From Azolla caroliniana (Eukaryota; Plantae; Polypodiophyta), in contig JBHGNT010000010.1 of NCBI GenBank assembly GCA_043228905.1, positions 14,322,001 through 14,386,000 of the forward strand: a stretch of DNA of 64,000 bases, in the 5' to 3' direction. The position numbers and the translations under genes are program-made. This document shows, piece by piece, positions 24,301 to 37,300 of this stretch (its first letter is position 1; every line of letters starts with the position of its first letter). Below the pieces are notes generated by a model. That model searched no databases. It was not told the origin of the DNA and was given only the letters and a program-made list of their open reading frames with translations.

Positions 24301-26210
24301 GAAGTCGGAGTTGGTAAGGCATACCATATCCGACTCACCATTGCCAGTCTCGTGCTCCGACATCTTCCTCTTCCCCTTTTCCTTGCGCGTGAACCGTCTC
24401 CTCGGTTCCTTACATGGGGGGAACACAGTAGAGTCTCCACTACTCACCGGTTCATTTTCCGACTGGTCTGTCTGACCCAGTCACTTGTTCGGCTCGCTCA
24501 ACCGAAACAATTCTGGACTCACATCTAGAGTCTCGAACCCTTCGTCTTCTAACTGGACCGGTTCAGGCTCACTAGCCTCATCCTCCGGTATCGGGTTGGG
24601 GTCGGAAGTTGGAGCCTGTAAGACATACCATGATGTCGTCTCATCAAACTCAACATCCCGGCTAACTCGGACCTGCTTCATTCGGGGGTTATAACACATA
24701 TACCCCTTTTGCTCATGCGAGTAACCGACCAAGATGCATTTCTCCGACTTTGCATCCAACTTCCTCCGCTTCTCATCTGGCACATGCACATATGCAATGT
24801 TACCGAATATTCGAAGGTGTCTCAAATTCGGCTTGCGCCCGAAATACATCTCATGCGCGAATACCTTGTCACCGATCCGGTTTTGGATATAGACGGCCGT
24901 CCGGACCGATTTAGCCCAGTAGAAATGGCGCATGCTCTTCTCCTCAAGCATTGCCCTTGCCGCGTCGACAATCGACCGGTTCTTCCTTACGGCCACATCG
25001 TTTTGCTACGGTGTGTACCTGCATCTGAATTCTCTCCGAATTCCGTTCTGTTGTAGATAACTGTTGAATTGGCCAGAAAAATATTCTTTTCCGCCATCCA
25101 ACTGAAGGCACTTGATCTTCCTCTATATTTCCTGTTCAACCAGGCTTTGTAGGTTCCGGAAACACTCGAAGACTTCGCTCTTCCGCTCAATGAGGTCGAT
25201 CCATGTGTGTCGGCTGTAGTCGTCAATGAAGGAGATGAAGTAATGACTCCCGCCAAGACTAACGTTCTGTGTCGGTCCCCATACATCCGAATGAATAAGG
25301 TCGAGCTTGTTACAACTACGGTTTTGTTTGGTGGGGAATGGAAGCCGATGTTGCTTCCCGAGTTGGCAGGCTTCACATATTTGGACCTTCCGGCCACTGA
25401 ACTTCGACAAACCGAAAACAATTTGTTTTGTTTGCAGGTCTTGAAGCCTCTGGTAATTGACGTGGCTGATCTGCTTGTGCTAGAGATCAATATCCAATTC
25501 AATCTTCTATCCTTTGGCGAACAAAGCAGTGCCGACGTCATTGGTGTCGAGGATGAACATCCTCCCATCTCTACGCCCTTGCGCAATAATCTGGCCCTCT
25601 TCCTCGATGAAGCACCCAAGGTGCGTAAACCGCACATGCATCCCCTGGTCAACGATCTAACCGACTAACACCAGGTTCTTCATGATAGTCAAAACGTGTA
25701 ATACGTTCATCAGCTTCCCCCTCTGTCCGACGTGGCTCAAAGGGACTTCTCCGACATGCACGATTGGGTGAGGAGTGTCTTCTCCGGTTTCGACGACACC
25801 CGGTTATTCCGGTTTCTCCAAGAAAGAGAACTACTCTTTGTGGCTTGTCATGTGATTCGACGCACCGGAATCAACATACCACACTTCCTCTGATTTGGAA
25901 GTGGTCTTCTTCATTGAGTTAGCCTTGTGTTTCATCACCAAGGCTGGCCCTTTACCGGCTTTTCCGGTTTTGGATCCTCCCGATCCTTTTGCGTAGTGCG
26001 AGTGTTGCCGGTTCTCTCTGTCGGCCTTGCCGGATCCAAATCTGTCTGAATCGGCGCACTTCTTCCAACACTCGCTTTCTCTGTGGCCCTTTTTACCATA
26101 GTACCAACATTCCGTGTCGGCCTTTGCTTGCCGGCCTCCGGTGCCGCCTTGACTCCCCCTACTTGTGGAGGGTCCGAAATGTCAAGAACTACACGCTCCC
26201 GATGAACAAC
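21367..26210 (-). mobile_element. Degenerate Ty1/copia (3' LTR 21367-21789, PPT, RNase H, RT, integrase, protease, gag remnant)
   Basis: PPT ctccccctc at 21790. ORFs STEAEY, ARTKHIEVHHHF, LLYVDD, IHSDVWGP, protease at about 25850-25880. 304-bp tandem duplication at 24024-24631. Truncated on the right. Confidence 0.9.
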
Positions 26211-26845
26211 GCTTGGCCACAACCAAGCTTAGAATCAAACACAGAAAACGGAGAATGAGTGCACAACACAGTGAAGAGAAGAGTACACAGGATGTTTACG
26301 TGGAAAACCCAAACACGAGAAAAACCACGGTAGTCCACTGATTGCTAACTATCACTATGTAACAATGTACAATAGATGAACACAGAGGCAACGACCTCTT
26401 ATTCATTGTCTTCGCCACAGGCAGCGGTTACAACAGAGATACGAGCTCTTCGTCTCTTTCTCTCTCTCTCTGTCTCTCTCTCTCTCTGTACACTGTTGCG
26501 CTCAAATCTTGCGCCAACAAGAATGACAACAACACTACACTCTAAGTTTGCCCTAAGTCATATTTATACTAATATGACTTTTCGGCTATTTACAAATATA
26601 GCCCCGATGGCCTCTCAAGAAACATATTTACGAATATGTCCCTTCATCCGGTGAGCACTTCTCACTAGGCCTTCACCATCCGGCTCTTGCCGGGTACTCC
26701 TCATCCGGTTCTCACCGGGTCTTCCGTAGTTGGGTACTCCTCATCCCGTTCTCACCGGGACTATTGCCGGGTACTCCTCATCCGGGTCTTCCGTAGCTGG
26801 GTACTCCTCATCCAGTTCTCACCGGGTCTCTTGCCGGGTACTCCT
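26211..26845 (-). mobile_element. LTR remnant related to the LTRs of the copia elements at 34.3-45.7 kb
   Basis: Reverse complements of ggttgtggcc, ttttccacg, tataaatatgacttagggcaaac and tatatttgtaaatagcc, plus tandem ccgggtactcctcatcc repeats. Confidence 0.7.
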
Positions 26846-26848
26846 AAA

Positions 26849-27013
26849 TACGAGGTCGACCAAATCCTTGACTCGCGTTGGCACCGTCGACACTTGCAAT
26901 ACCTCGTCCTATGCAGGGGTTACCCCATGTCTGAGGCCACATGGGAACCATCGGGAAATTTACAAAATGCCCCAGAGGTCGTCCAAGATTTTCATCACCG
27001 ATATCCCCACAAA
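26849..27013 (+). pseudogene. Chromodomain from a chromovirus (Ty3/gypsy) integrase C-terminus
   Basis: YEVDQILDSRWHRRHLQYLVLCRGYPMSEATWEPSGNLQNAPEVVQDFH matches the chromovirus chromodomain pattern (YEVE.IL...YLVKW.GY...TWEP..NL). The W of the aromatic cage is replaced by C. Confidence 0.85.
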
Positions 27014-27638
27014 CTGAGGATTATTCTAACCCACTTTCATTTTTAACATTTAGTAATGTCAAGAAGGGTTTTTATCGATGCCACATTAACTCATGATATA
27101 TGATAGATCTACTTGTACCCGGGCGTCTCAGGTAGAAAGCAAGGATCCGAGGCAACTTGATTACAATGGAATTCATTTAGTAAATGAAATAGTTAATGTA
27201 CCATTCTAGCCCTTTGTTACAAATAAAGAAACATGGTGCAATGCTCATCGACATTTGACCATTATTCTGCAATCTATGCGTATTTTTTGAAATTGTATCC
27301 AGTTATCCAAACTATAATTGTTGGTGTACGAATTTGTCGTACCAATGTTGACGAATAACCACAACCAAAGATACTGCTTCTTGTTGTCCCGAACAACATA
27401 AGGTTTTGTCCAATTTCATTTGAAACCTCTACCATTAATCGAATAATGGGATTAAGTTTAGAAATTGATGTTAGGAGAGAAAAATGAAAGTAATGTTCGT
27501 CATGAATCCTTCAAACATAATATTGACTATTTTGTTAATTGTACATTATCGTAACATCTACTTTAGGTCTTGAGTTTTTGAGTTGTCAAACAGTTAACAC
27601 ATGATATGCGTCCGAAATTTAATATATGATATTGTCGT

Positions 27639-27711
27639 TTCCATTGCCGGGAGTTGAACCCGGGTCTCTCGGGTGAGAGCCGAGTATCCTAACCAACTAG
27701 ACTACAATGGA
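27639..27711 (-). tRNA. trnE-CUC: tRNA-Glu(CTC), copy 1
   Basis: TCCATTGTAGTCTAGTTGGTTAGGATACTCGGCTCTCACCCGAGAGACCCGGGTTCAACTCCCGGCAATGGAA: full cloverleaf with CTC anticodon. Confidence 0.95.
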
Positions 27712-28254
27712 TCACATTTTGTGTGCTTTTTATCGTAACAATCATTGATTCGTAATAAATAATATTTATATATTGCTTAAACAAGGATCCGAACCAACAA
27801 GACTACAATGGAATTCATTTAGTAAATGATTTAGTTAATGTAATATTCTAGTGGTTTACTTCAAATATAGAAACATGGTGCAATGCTCATCGACAGTTGA
27901 CCAATAGTCTGCGATCTATACGTATTGCTTGAAATTGTATTGTGATATCCAAACTATAATTGTTGGTGTACTAATTTGTCGTACCAATGTTGACGATTAA
28001 CCAAAACCAAATATACTGCTTCTTGTTGTCCCGAACAACATAATGTTGTCCCTAACCAACTAGATTACAATGGCTCCTATCTTGTGTATAGATATATTGC
28101 AATCATAGATTAGTAATAAATAGTATTTACATATTGCGCAAGCATCAACAAGAAACTGAGGATTGCTCTCACACACTCTCGTTTTTAACATTTAATCATT
28201 TCAAGGGGTTTTATCGATGTGACATTACATAATGATCTATGATGTATCTAGTTT

Positions 28255-28327
28255 TTCCAATGGCTATTGTTGTACCCCGGAGTCTCGTGTAAAAAACAAG
28301 GATCCGAACCAACTAGACTACAATAGA
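28255..28327 (-). pseudogene. Decayed full-length tRNA-Glu relic (also at 29873-29945 and 31491-31563)
   Basis: Aligns ungapped to the intact tRNA at 54 of 73 positions by eye. Anticodon and T arms destroyed. Confidence 0.8.
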
Positions 28328-29256
28328 ATTGATTCAGTACATGAATTAGTTAATATAATATTCTAGTGCTTTGCTTCAAATAAAGAACTATGACGCAATG
28401 TTGATCGAGAGTTCACCATTATTCTACAATCTATGCGTATTTCGGGAAACTCTATGAAGTTATCCAAACTGTAATTGTCGGTGTACTAATTTGTCGTAAC
28501 CATGTTGACAAATAACCACGACTAAATATATTGTTTCTTCTTGTCCCGAACAACCTAATGTTTTGTCAAAAGACATTTGAAACCTCTCCTATTAATTGAA
28601 TAATGGGATTAAGTTTGCAAGCATCAACAAAAAACTGAGGATTATTCTAACCCACTTTCATTTTTAACATTTAGTAATGTCAAGGGTTTTTATCGATGCC
28701 ACATTAACTCATGATATATGATAGATCTACTTGTACCCGGGCGTCTCAGGTAGAAAGCAAGGATCCGAGGCAACTTGATTACAATGGAATTCATTTAGTA
28801 AATGAAATAGTTAATGTACCATTCTAGCCCTTTGTTACAAATAAAGAAACATGGTGCAATGCTCATCGACATTTGACCATTATTCTGCAATCTATGCGTA
28901 TTTTTTGAAATTGTATCCAGTTATCCAAACTATAATTGTTGGTGTACGAATTTGTCGTACCAATGTTGACGAATAACCACAACCAAAGATACTGCTTCTT
29001 GTTGTCCCGAACAACATAAGGTTTTGTCCAATTTCATTTGAAACCTCTACCATTAATCGAATAATGGGATTAAGTTTAGAAATTGATGTTAGGAGAGAAA
29101 AATGAAAGTAATGTTCGTCATGAATCCTTCAAACATAATATTGACTATTTTGTTAATTGTACATTATCGTAACATCTACTTTAGGTCTTGAGTTTTTGAG
29201 TTGTCAAACAGTTAACACATGATATGCGTCCGAAATTTAATATATGATATTGTCGT

Positions 29257-29329
29257 TTCCATTGCCGGGAGTTGAACCCGGGTCTCTCGGGTGAGAGCCG
29301 AGTATCCTAACCAACTAGACTACAATGGA
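29257..29329 (-). tRNA. trnE-CUC: tRNA-Glu(CTC), copy 2
   Basis: Identical to copy 1. Confidence 0.95.
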
Positions 29330-30874
29330 TCACATTTTGTGTGCTTTTTATCGTAACAATCATTGATTCGTAATAAATAATATTTATATATTGCTTAAAC
29401 AAGGATCCGAACCAACAAGACTACAATGGAATTCATTTAGTAAATGATTTAGTCAATGTAATATTCTAGTGGTTTACTTCAAATATAGAAACATGGTGCA
29501 ATGCTCATCGACAGTTGACCAATAGTCTGCGATCTATGCGTATTGCTTGAAATTGTATTGTGATATCCAAACTATAATTGTTGGTGTACTAATTTGTCGT
29601 ACCAATGTTGACGATTAACCAAAACCAAATATACTGCTTCTTGTTGTCCCGAACAACATAATGTTGTCCCTAACCAACTAGATTACAATGGCTCCTATCT
29701 TGTGTATAGATATATTGCAATCATAGATTAGTAATAAATAGTATTTACATATTGCGCAAGCATCAACAAGAAACTGAGGATTGCTCTCACACACTCTCGT
29801 TTTTAACATTTAATCATTTCAAGGGGTTTTATCGATGTGACATTACATAATGATCTATGATGTATCTAGTTTTTCCAATGGCTATTGTTGTACCCCGGAG
29901 TCTCGTGTAAAAAACAAGGATCCGAACCAACTAGACTACAATAGAATTGATTCAGTACATGAATTAGTTAATATAATATTCTAGTGCTTTGCTTCAAATA
30001 AAGAACTATGACGCAATGTTGATCGAGAGTTCACCATTATTCTACAATCTATGCGTATTTCGGGAAACTCTATGAAGTTATCCAAACTGTAATTGTCGGT
30101 GTACTAATTTGTCGTAACCATGTTGACAAATAACCACGACTAAATATATTGTTTCTTCTTGTCCCGAACAACCTAATGTTTTGTCAAAAGACATTTGAAA
30201 CCTCTCCTATTATTTGAATAATGGGATTAAGTTTGCAAGCATCAACAAAAAACTGAGGATTATTCTAACACACTTTCATTTTTAACATTTAGTAATGTCA
30301 AGGGTTTTTATCGATGCCACATTAACTCATGATATATGATAGATCTACTTGTACCCGGGCGTCTCAGGTAGAAAGCAAGGATCCGAGGCAACTTGATTAC
30401 AATGGAATTCATTTAGTAAATGAAATAGTTAATGTACCATTCTAGCCCTTTGTTACAAATAAAGAAACATGGTGCAATGCTCATCGACATTTGACCATTA
30501 TTCTGCAATCTATGCGTATTTTTTGAAATTGTATCCAGTTATCCAAACTATAATTGTTGGTGTACGAATTTGTCGTACCAATGTTGACGAATAACCACAA
30601 CCAAAGATACTGCTTCTTGTTGTCCCGAACAACATAAGGTTTTGTCCAATTTCATTTGAAACCTCTACCATTAATCGAATAATGGGATTACGTTTAGAAA
30701 TTGATGTTAGGAGAGAAAAATGAAAGTAATGTTCGTCATGAATCCTTCAAACATAATATTGACTATTTTGTTAATTGTACATTATCGTAACATCTACTTT
30801 AGGTCTTGAGTTTTTGAGTTGTCAAACAGTTAACACATGATATGCGTCCGAAATTTAATATATGATATTGTCGT

Positions 30875-30947
30875 TTCCATTGCCGGGAGTTGAACCCGGG
30901 TCTCTCGGGTGAGAGCCGAGTATCCTAACCAACTAGACTACAATGGA
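30875..30947 (-). tRNA. trnE-CUC: tRNA-Glu(CTC), copy 3
   Basis: Identical to copy 1. Confidence 0.95.
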
Positions 30948-32492
30948 TCACATTTTGTGTGCTTTTTATCGTAACAATCATTGATTCGTAATAAATAATA
31001 TTTATATATTGCTTAAACAAGGATCCGAACCAACAAGACTACAATGGAATTCATTTAGTAAATGATTTAGTCAATGTAATATTCTAGTGGTTTACTTCAA
31101 ATATAGAAACATGGTGCAATGCTCATCGACAGTTGACCAATAGTCTGCGATCTATGCGTATTGCTTGAAATTGTATTGTGATATCCAAACTATAATTGTT
31201 GGTGTACTAATTTGTCGTACCAATGTTGACGATTAACCAAAACCAAATATACTGCTTCTTGTTGTCCCGAACAACATAATGTTGTCCCTAACCAACTAGA
31301 TTACAATGGCTCCTATCTTGTGTATAGATATATTGCAATCATAGATTAGTAATAAATAGTATTTACATATTGCGCAAGCATCAACAAGAAACTGAGGATT
31401 GCTCTCACACACTCTCGTTTTTAACATTTAATCATTTCAAGGGGTTTTATCGATGTGACATTACATAATGATCTATGATGTATCTAGTTTTTCCAATGGC
31501 TATTGTTGTACCCCGGAGTCTCGTGTAAAAAACAAGGATCCGAACCAACTAGACTACAATAGAATTGATTCAGTACATGAATTAGTTAATATAATATTCT
31601 AGTGCTTTGCTTCAAATAAAGAACTATGACGCAATGTTGATCGAGAGTTCACCATTATTCTACAATCTATGCGTATTTCGGGAAACTCTATGAAGTTATC
31701 CAAACTGTAATTGTCAGTGTACTAATTTGTCGTAACCATGTTGACAAATAACCACGACTAAATATATTGTTTCTTCTTGTCCCGAACAACCTAATGTTTT
31801 GTCAAAAGACATTTGAAACCTCTCCTATTAATTGAATAATGGGATTAAGTTTGCAAGCATCAACAAAAAACTGAGGATTATTCTAACACACTTTCATTTT
31901 TAACATTTAGTAATGTCAAGGGTTTTTATCGATGCCACATTAACTCATGATATATGATAGATCTACTTGTACCCGGGCGTCTCAGGTAGAAAGCAAGGAT
32001 CCGAGGCAACTTGATTACAATGGAATTCATTTAGTAAATGAAATAGTTAATGTACCATTCTAGCCCTTTGTTACAAATAAAGAAACATGGTGCAATGCTC
32101 ATCGACATTTGACCATTATTCTGCAATCTATGCGTATTTTTTGAAATTGTATCCAGTTATCCAAACTATAATTGTTGGTGTACGAATTTGTCGTACCAAT
32201 GTTGACGAATAACCACAACCAAAGATACTGCTTCTTGTTGTCCCGAACAACATAAGGCTTTGTCCAATTTCATTTGAAACCTCTACCATTAATCGAATAA
32301 TGGGATTAAGTTTAGAAATTGATGTTAGGAGAGAAAAATCAAAGTAATGTTCGTCATGAATCCTTCAAACATAATATTGACTATTTTGTTAATTGTACAT
32401 TATCGTAACATCTACTTTAGGTCTTGAGTTTTTGAGTTGTCAAACAGTTAACACATGATATGCGTCCGAAATTTAATATATGATATTGTCGT

Positions 32493-32565
32493 TTCCATTG
32501 CCGGGAGTTGAACCCAGGTCTCTCGGGTGAGAGCCGAGTATCCTGACCAACTAGACTACAATGGA
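32493..32565 (-). tRNA. trnE-CUC: tRNA-Glu(CTC), copy 4
   Basis: Two substitutions versus copy 1 (D-loop GGTCAGG, and a T-stem U-G wobble). Cloverleaf retained. Confidence 0.9.
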
Positions 32566-32889
32566 TCACATTTTGTGTGCTTTTTATCGTAACAATGTTG
32601 AGGAATAACGACAACGAAATAGACTATCTGTTGTTGTCCCGAAAAACATAATATTTATTCCAATTTCATTCGCAACCCCTACCATTAATCGAATAATGGG
32701 ATTAAGTTTTGAAATGGATGTGAGGAGTAAGAAATCAAAGTAAATTTCGTTATCAATCCTTCAAACAGAATATTTATTATTTTGTTAATTTTACATTATT
32801 ATAACAGCTACTTTACGTCGTTAGTTTTTGAGTTATTAAGTAGTTAACAAATCACATGCGTCGCAAAATTTGATATATGATATTGTCCT

Positions 32890-32923
32890 TTCTATTCCCG
32901 GGAGTTGAACCCGGGTCTCTCGT
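32890..32923 (-). pseudogene. 3' half of a diverged tRNA-Glu split by the 32924-57028 insertion (5' half at 57029-57071)
   Basis: ttctattcccgggagttgaacccgggtctctcgt joins (tcgt)gtgagagccaagtattctaac to rebuild a tRNA-Glu-like sequence. Confidence 0.88.
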
Positions 32924-34311
32924 TGTCGAGGTATTCCTCGCGGATGTGTGGAATGAGGCGGGACCTCGGGGGTCTTGTACCGAAGAGCAAGAGAGAAAGG
33001 AGAAGGGAAGAGACCCACTAGGTGCGAGCGTAGATCCACAGGGACACGGCCCTTCGACACGAAGATGCGAGTGGGAAACCAACACAGAGAGACACGAAGG
33101 TATGTATGTATATATTAACAGAGACAAACAACAAGAAGCACGAAGTTGGTTACAACCGAACAGGCCGGCGAACAGATGCCGATGCCTGTTCGTAAACGCA
33201 CAGAAAGGAAAGAGTAGGTTGGAGGTGCTGCCGGAAGCACTCGAGCATTCCTTAGAGCTGCACGAGCCTCCCGAAACCTGCACAGCAAGAAGCTACGGAG
33301 TTTGCGAGCGAGAGAGAGAGATAAGCCTCCGACCCACAAACCGACAGCACTTCGTCCTCGACTCTCCGCGATCCCCTTCCTCCTCCTCGTCTCCCTCCTT
33401 TTATAGGCAAGAAGGGAGCCGTTTCCTATTAACTTCCTACCTACCGAATCTACTTACCTAGGATCTTCCATGTCCCTAATTCTCTCTTATGTATATCACA
33501 AGGCGTACGTGCATGAAGAGCCGGTTCCTATGCTCCGGCGCACCGATTCCGCTCGTGGACGGTTTTCTTCACGACATCCGCCCCCACCTAACCGCGCATC
33601 CACCGGCATGCGCCAAATTGAGTTGGGACGGAGAAAACCGGTCCAGCCTTCATTCCCTGCCCCTCGGTTCTTCCTCGGTTTCGGATCGTTCGTCGTTCCG
33701 GTCCAGGTTAACCGGATCCGGCTCGTCGTCGTGACGCTTCTTGAACGCTTTGATCCGCTTCCCAGCTACCGGTATTGCCATTCTCGTGCCGTCAAGTTCC
33801 GCCAGATGGTACGTCCCGTTGTTGTTGGCGCTTTGGACCACGTAAGGCTCGAACCACCTTCTTGCGAACTTCCGTGTCGCTCGGTGCTGGTTGTCGAGGC
33901 TGCTGTCGTAGACTAGCACCCAGTCGCCTTCCTCGATCTTCTTTGGTCGGAGCCGGTGCGTTCGGTCGAACCGGGCTTTGTTCCTCATCCTTGCCACCCG
34001 AAGCTTTCCCGCAGCCTGCTCCACGTCCTCCGGCCTTCGCTCGAGCTGTCGTATGCGCGCCGCCAACAGTTCCTCCTGGCTCATCTCGTCTCTCCAGTGC
34101 ATGGTTGCCCATGAGGAGATCGTACGTTCCATCGGCATGATCGGCTTCTGCCCAAACATGAGCTCTGCCGGCATGAATCCGGTTACCGAACTGTGCGTAG
34201 TTCGGTCAGCCCACAACGCGTAAGGCAGCAGCTGCGGCCAGTTCCCGACTTGACCTCCGCATGCCCGAACTAACGCCTTGACGATCGGTCCGTGTCCGCG
34301 CTCCACCTTCC

Positions 34312-37300
34312 TGTTGGGATTACGGTCCCTCCGGATGGGATGGTCAGATGTCCGGGAATCGGGAATGAAGACCCGAACGAGGAGTACCCGGTATTGGTTC
34401 CGGATGATGAAGACCCCGGCTACGGAGCCGGATGACGAAGACCCGGTTTCGGATCCGGATGATGAAGACCCCGGCTACGGAGCCGGATGACGAAGACCCG
34501 GTTTCGGATCCGGATGATGAAGACCCCGGCTACGGAGCCGGATGACGAAGACCCGGTTTCGGATCCGGATGATGAAGACCCCGACTACGGAGCCGGATGA
34601 CGAATGTACCCGGAGAGAGATCCGGATGCGGGGACATATCTGTGAATATGTTTACCAAGGGCCCTCGAGGCTATATTTGTAAATAGCCCGAAAGTCATAT
34701 GTGTATAAATATGACTTAGGGCAAACAGTTTTTTGTTGTTGCTCATTTTTCTGTTTTCCACTTAGAGGGAGCGAAGTGAGAGTAGCCGAGAGAGAGAGAA
34801 AGGAAGAGGTCGATGCCTCTGTGTAATACCGCCGCCTGTGGCGAGGACAGCGAGCTCAAGGTCGTCGCCTTGCAGCTCGCCATTGTACATTCTCTGCGTA
34901 TAGTGATAGTTGGAGCCTTGCACTCCCATGGTTTTTCCCGTCCAGGGTTTTCCACGCTAAACCCTGTGCATTCGAGTCTCTCTCTGTGTTTTGATTTACT
35001 TCTGCATTGATTCGTGTTTCCTCGGTTGTGGCCGAGAGGTGAAGGGTTTGTTTTAGAAGCGTCCATTCCCTAACAATCTGGTATCAGAGCGACTGCAGTG
35101 CAGAAAATGGAAGGCGGCAGCAGCGGGCAGCCGAGGATGATGGTGCTGAATGCGCAGAACTACGCCGACTGGAAGATAAAGATGGAGGATCTGCTCATTG
35201 TTCGGGACCTGTATGAACCGATCGACAGGTCGGAAATACCCAAGGGGGTACTTGAGACGGAATGGAGGCTTCTGAACCGCAAAGCCGTTGAAACCATTCG
35301 GCAATACGTCGACGTGAGCGTTCTACAACATGTGGCGAACGACACCAACGCATATGAGATGTGGCAGAAGCTGTCGGGCCTCTACGAGAGGAAGAATGTG
35401 TTGAACCGGACCTCCCTGATGAGGAAGATAGTGAACCTCAAGTACCGGGACGGCGAGAGTATGGTGGAACACGTAAGCACGTTCATGAGATTCGTGAACC
35501 AGCTTGCGGTGATCAAGTTCCCGTTGGAGGATGCAATGCAAGCCATCATGCTGATGTGTACATTGCCGGAAAGCTGGGAGAACTTGGTGGTGACTCTCAG
35601 CACCTCCTGCACCGAAGATAACTTGTCCCTACAAACGGTAAAGACAAGCATTTTGAACGAAGAAGCACGTCGGAGAGATAAAGAACCGGCCTCCGATCCG
35701 AAGATGCTGCTTACCGAATCGGATCGGGGAAGACAACGGAACCGGAGTCCGCAAAGACGGGAGAAGTCGGGGACCCGGTCGCAGTCAAGAGGAAGGCCCA
35801 CATGCTTCCACTGTGGGAAGCCGGGGCACTTCCGAAAGAATTGTCGGCATTACCGAAAAGACAACGGAGCCGACGACACCGATTCGAAGAAGTCTTCGGA
35901 ACGGAACGGTGCTTACCGGGGAGCCACGAACCGGAATGGTTCGGATCGGTGAGGGCAGGACCGGAAAGGAACGACGGCACTCGCGGCAAGTGAAGAGGAG
36001 ATCATGCTCATCACCGAAGAAGGTGAACTAAACATTGCCGGCGATGAGACTACCTGGGTGGTCGATTCCGGAGCGTCGTTCCACCTGACCCCGGAAAGAA
36101 GATACTTCTCATCCTACACAGCCGGTGAGCATGGCTGTGTTCGGATGGGAAATGAAGGTACGTGCCGGATTGCCGGCATAGGAGACGTGTGGTTGACAAC
36201 CTCGACCGGAAGCAACATGTTGCTGAAGGATGTCCGACACGTTCCGGAGGTTCGATTGAACCTGATTTCGGCCGGGAGGCTAGACGATGAAGGCTACACA
36301 GGTAGCATCCGGAACTGCGTTATGAAGTTCAGCAAGGGGAGCCTGATAGTGGCTCGGGCCCGGAAAGTCAACACACTGTACCTTATGAATGCCTGGTTGT
36401 GTCCGGATGAGTTGAACGTGGCAGCCGACACTGCCGGTGAGCTGTGGCACAAGAGACTGTGCCACATGAGTGAGAAGGGGATGAAGAGGCTTGCAGAAGA
36501 AAACCTTATTCCAGTGAAGCATGTGCACCTGGAGAAGTGCACCGATTGCCTGGCCGGTAAGCAGAACCGAACCTCCTTCCACTCAAGGCCACCGACGAGA
36601 TGTAGCGCACCATTGGAGTTGGTGCATACTGACGTGTGTCAAGTAGAAACGAAGTCACATGGCGGAGCCCAGTACTTCGTGACATTCATTGATGACCACA
36701 GCCGGAAGCTGTGGACGGCACCGTTGAAGACAAAGGACCAAGTGTTGTGCGTCTTCAAAGAACTCCACGCGAGAGTGGAAAGGGAATCCGGCAAGAAGCT
36801 GAAAGCGATACGAGCGGATAACGGAGGGGAATACCGGGGGCAGTTTGCGGAGTACTGTCGCTCGAAGGGAATACGGCTCGAGTTTACTGTGCCGAAGACG
36901 CCGGAACTGAACGGGCTGGCCGAGAGGATGAACCGGACCATAATGGAGAGGGTCCGGAGTATGCTGGCGCATGCGAAACTACCCAAGGGGTTTTGGGCTG
37001 AGGCAATGTCGACGGCGACATACGTGATAAACAGATCACCCTCAGTACCTTTGGACGGGGACACGCCGCAAAGAGTGTGGACCGGTAGGGAAGTATCCTA
37101 CCGGCATCTGAAGGTGTTCGGGTGTCTCGCATATGTGCATGTGGCAAAAGACCGGAGAGGAAAGCTAGATCCAGACCCGGCCATGCATATTCCTCGGTTA
37201 CGGCGATGATGAGTTCGGCTACCGAGTATGGGACCCGGTCGACAAAAAGATATTCCGGAGTCGTGATATCATCTTCATGGAGGACAAGACACTCGCCGAC

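Larger units (their letters stand above)
27011..32923. repeat. Tandem array with a 1618-bp unit (about 3.5 near-identical units to about 32595, then a diverged monomer), one intact tRNA-Glu per unit
   Basis: tRNA starts at 27639, 29257, 30875 and 32493, an exact 1618-bp period. Only scattered SNPs between units. Internal sub-repeats present. Confidence 0.96.

Noticed and set aside
27485-27638. Possible dicistronic tRNA-snoRNA in the long tRNA trailer
   Set aside because: No box C (RUGAUGA) or box D (CUGA) on the transcribed strand, and no evident H/ACA hairpins.
32836-33461. ORFs of 74-218 aa in the LTRs of element A (also 56079-56913) as env-like or extra genes
   Set aside because: They lie in LTR sequence, differ in frame between the two LTRs, and have no recognisable domain.
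34398-34605. Regular 27-28 bp repeats that look CRISPR-like (also 23-bp repeats at about 50441-50535 and repeats at about 26690-26845)
   Set aside because: Head-to-tail with no unique spacers, located inside LTRs, eukaryotic context, no cas genes.
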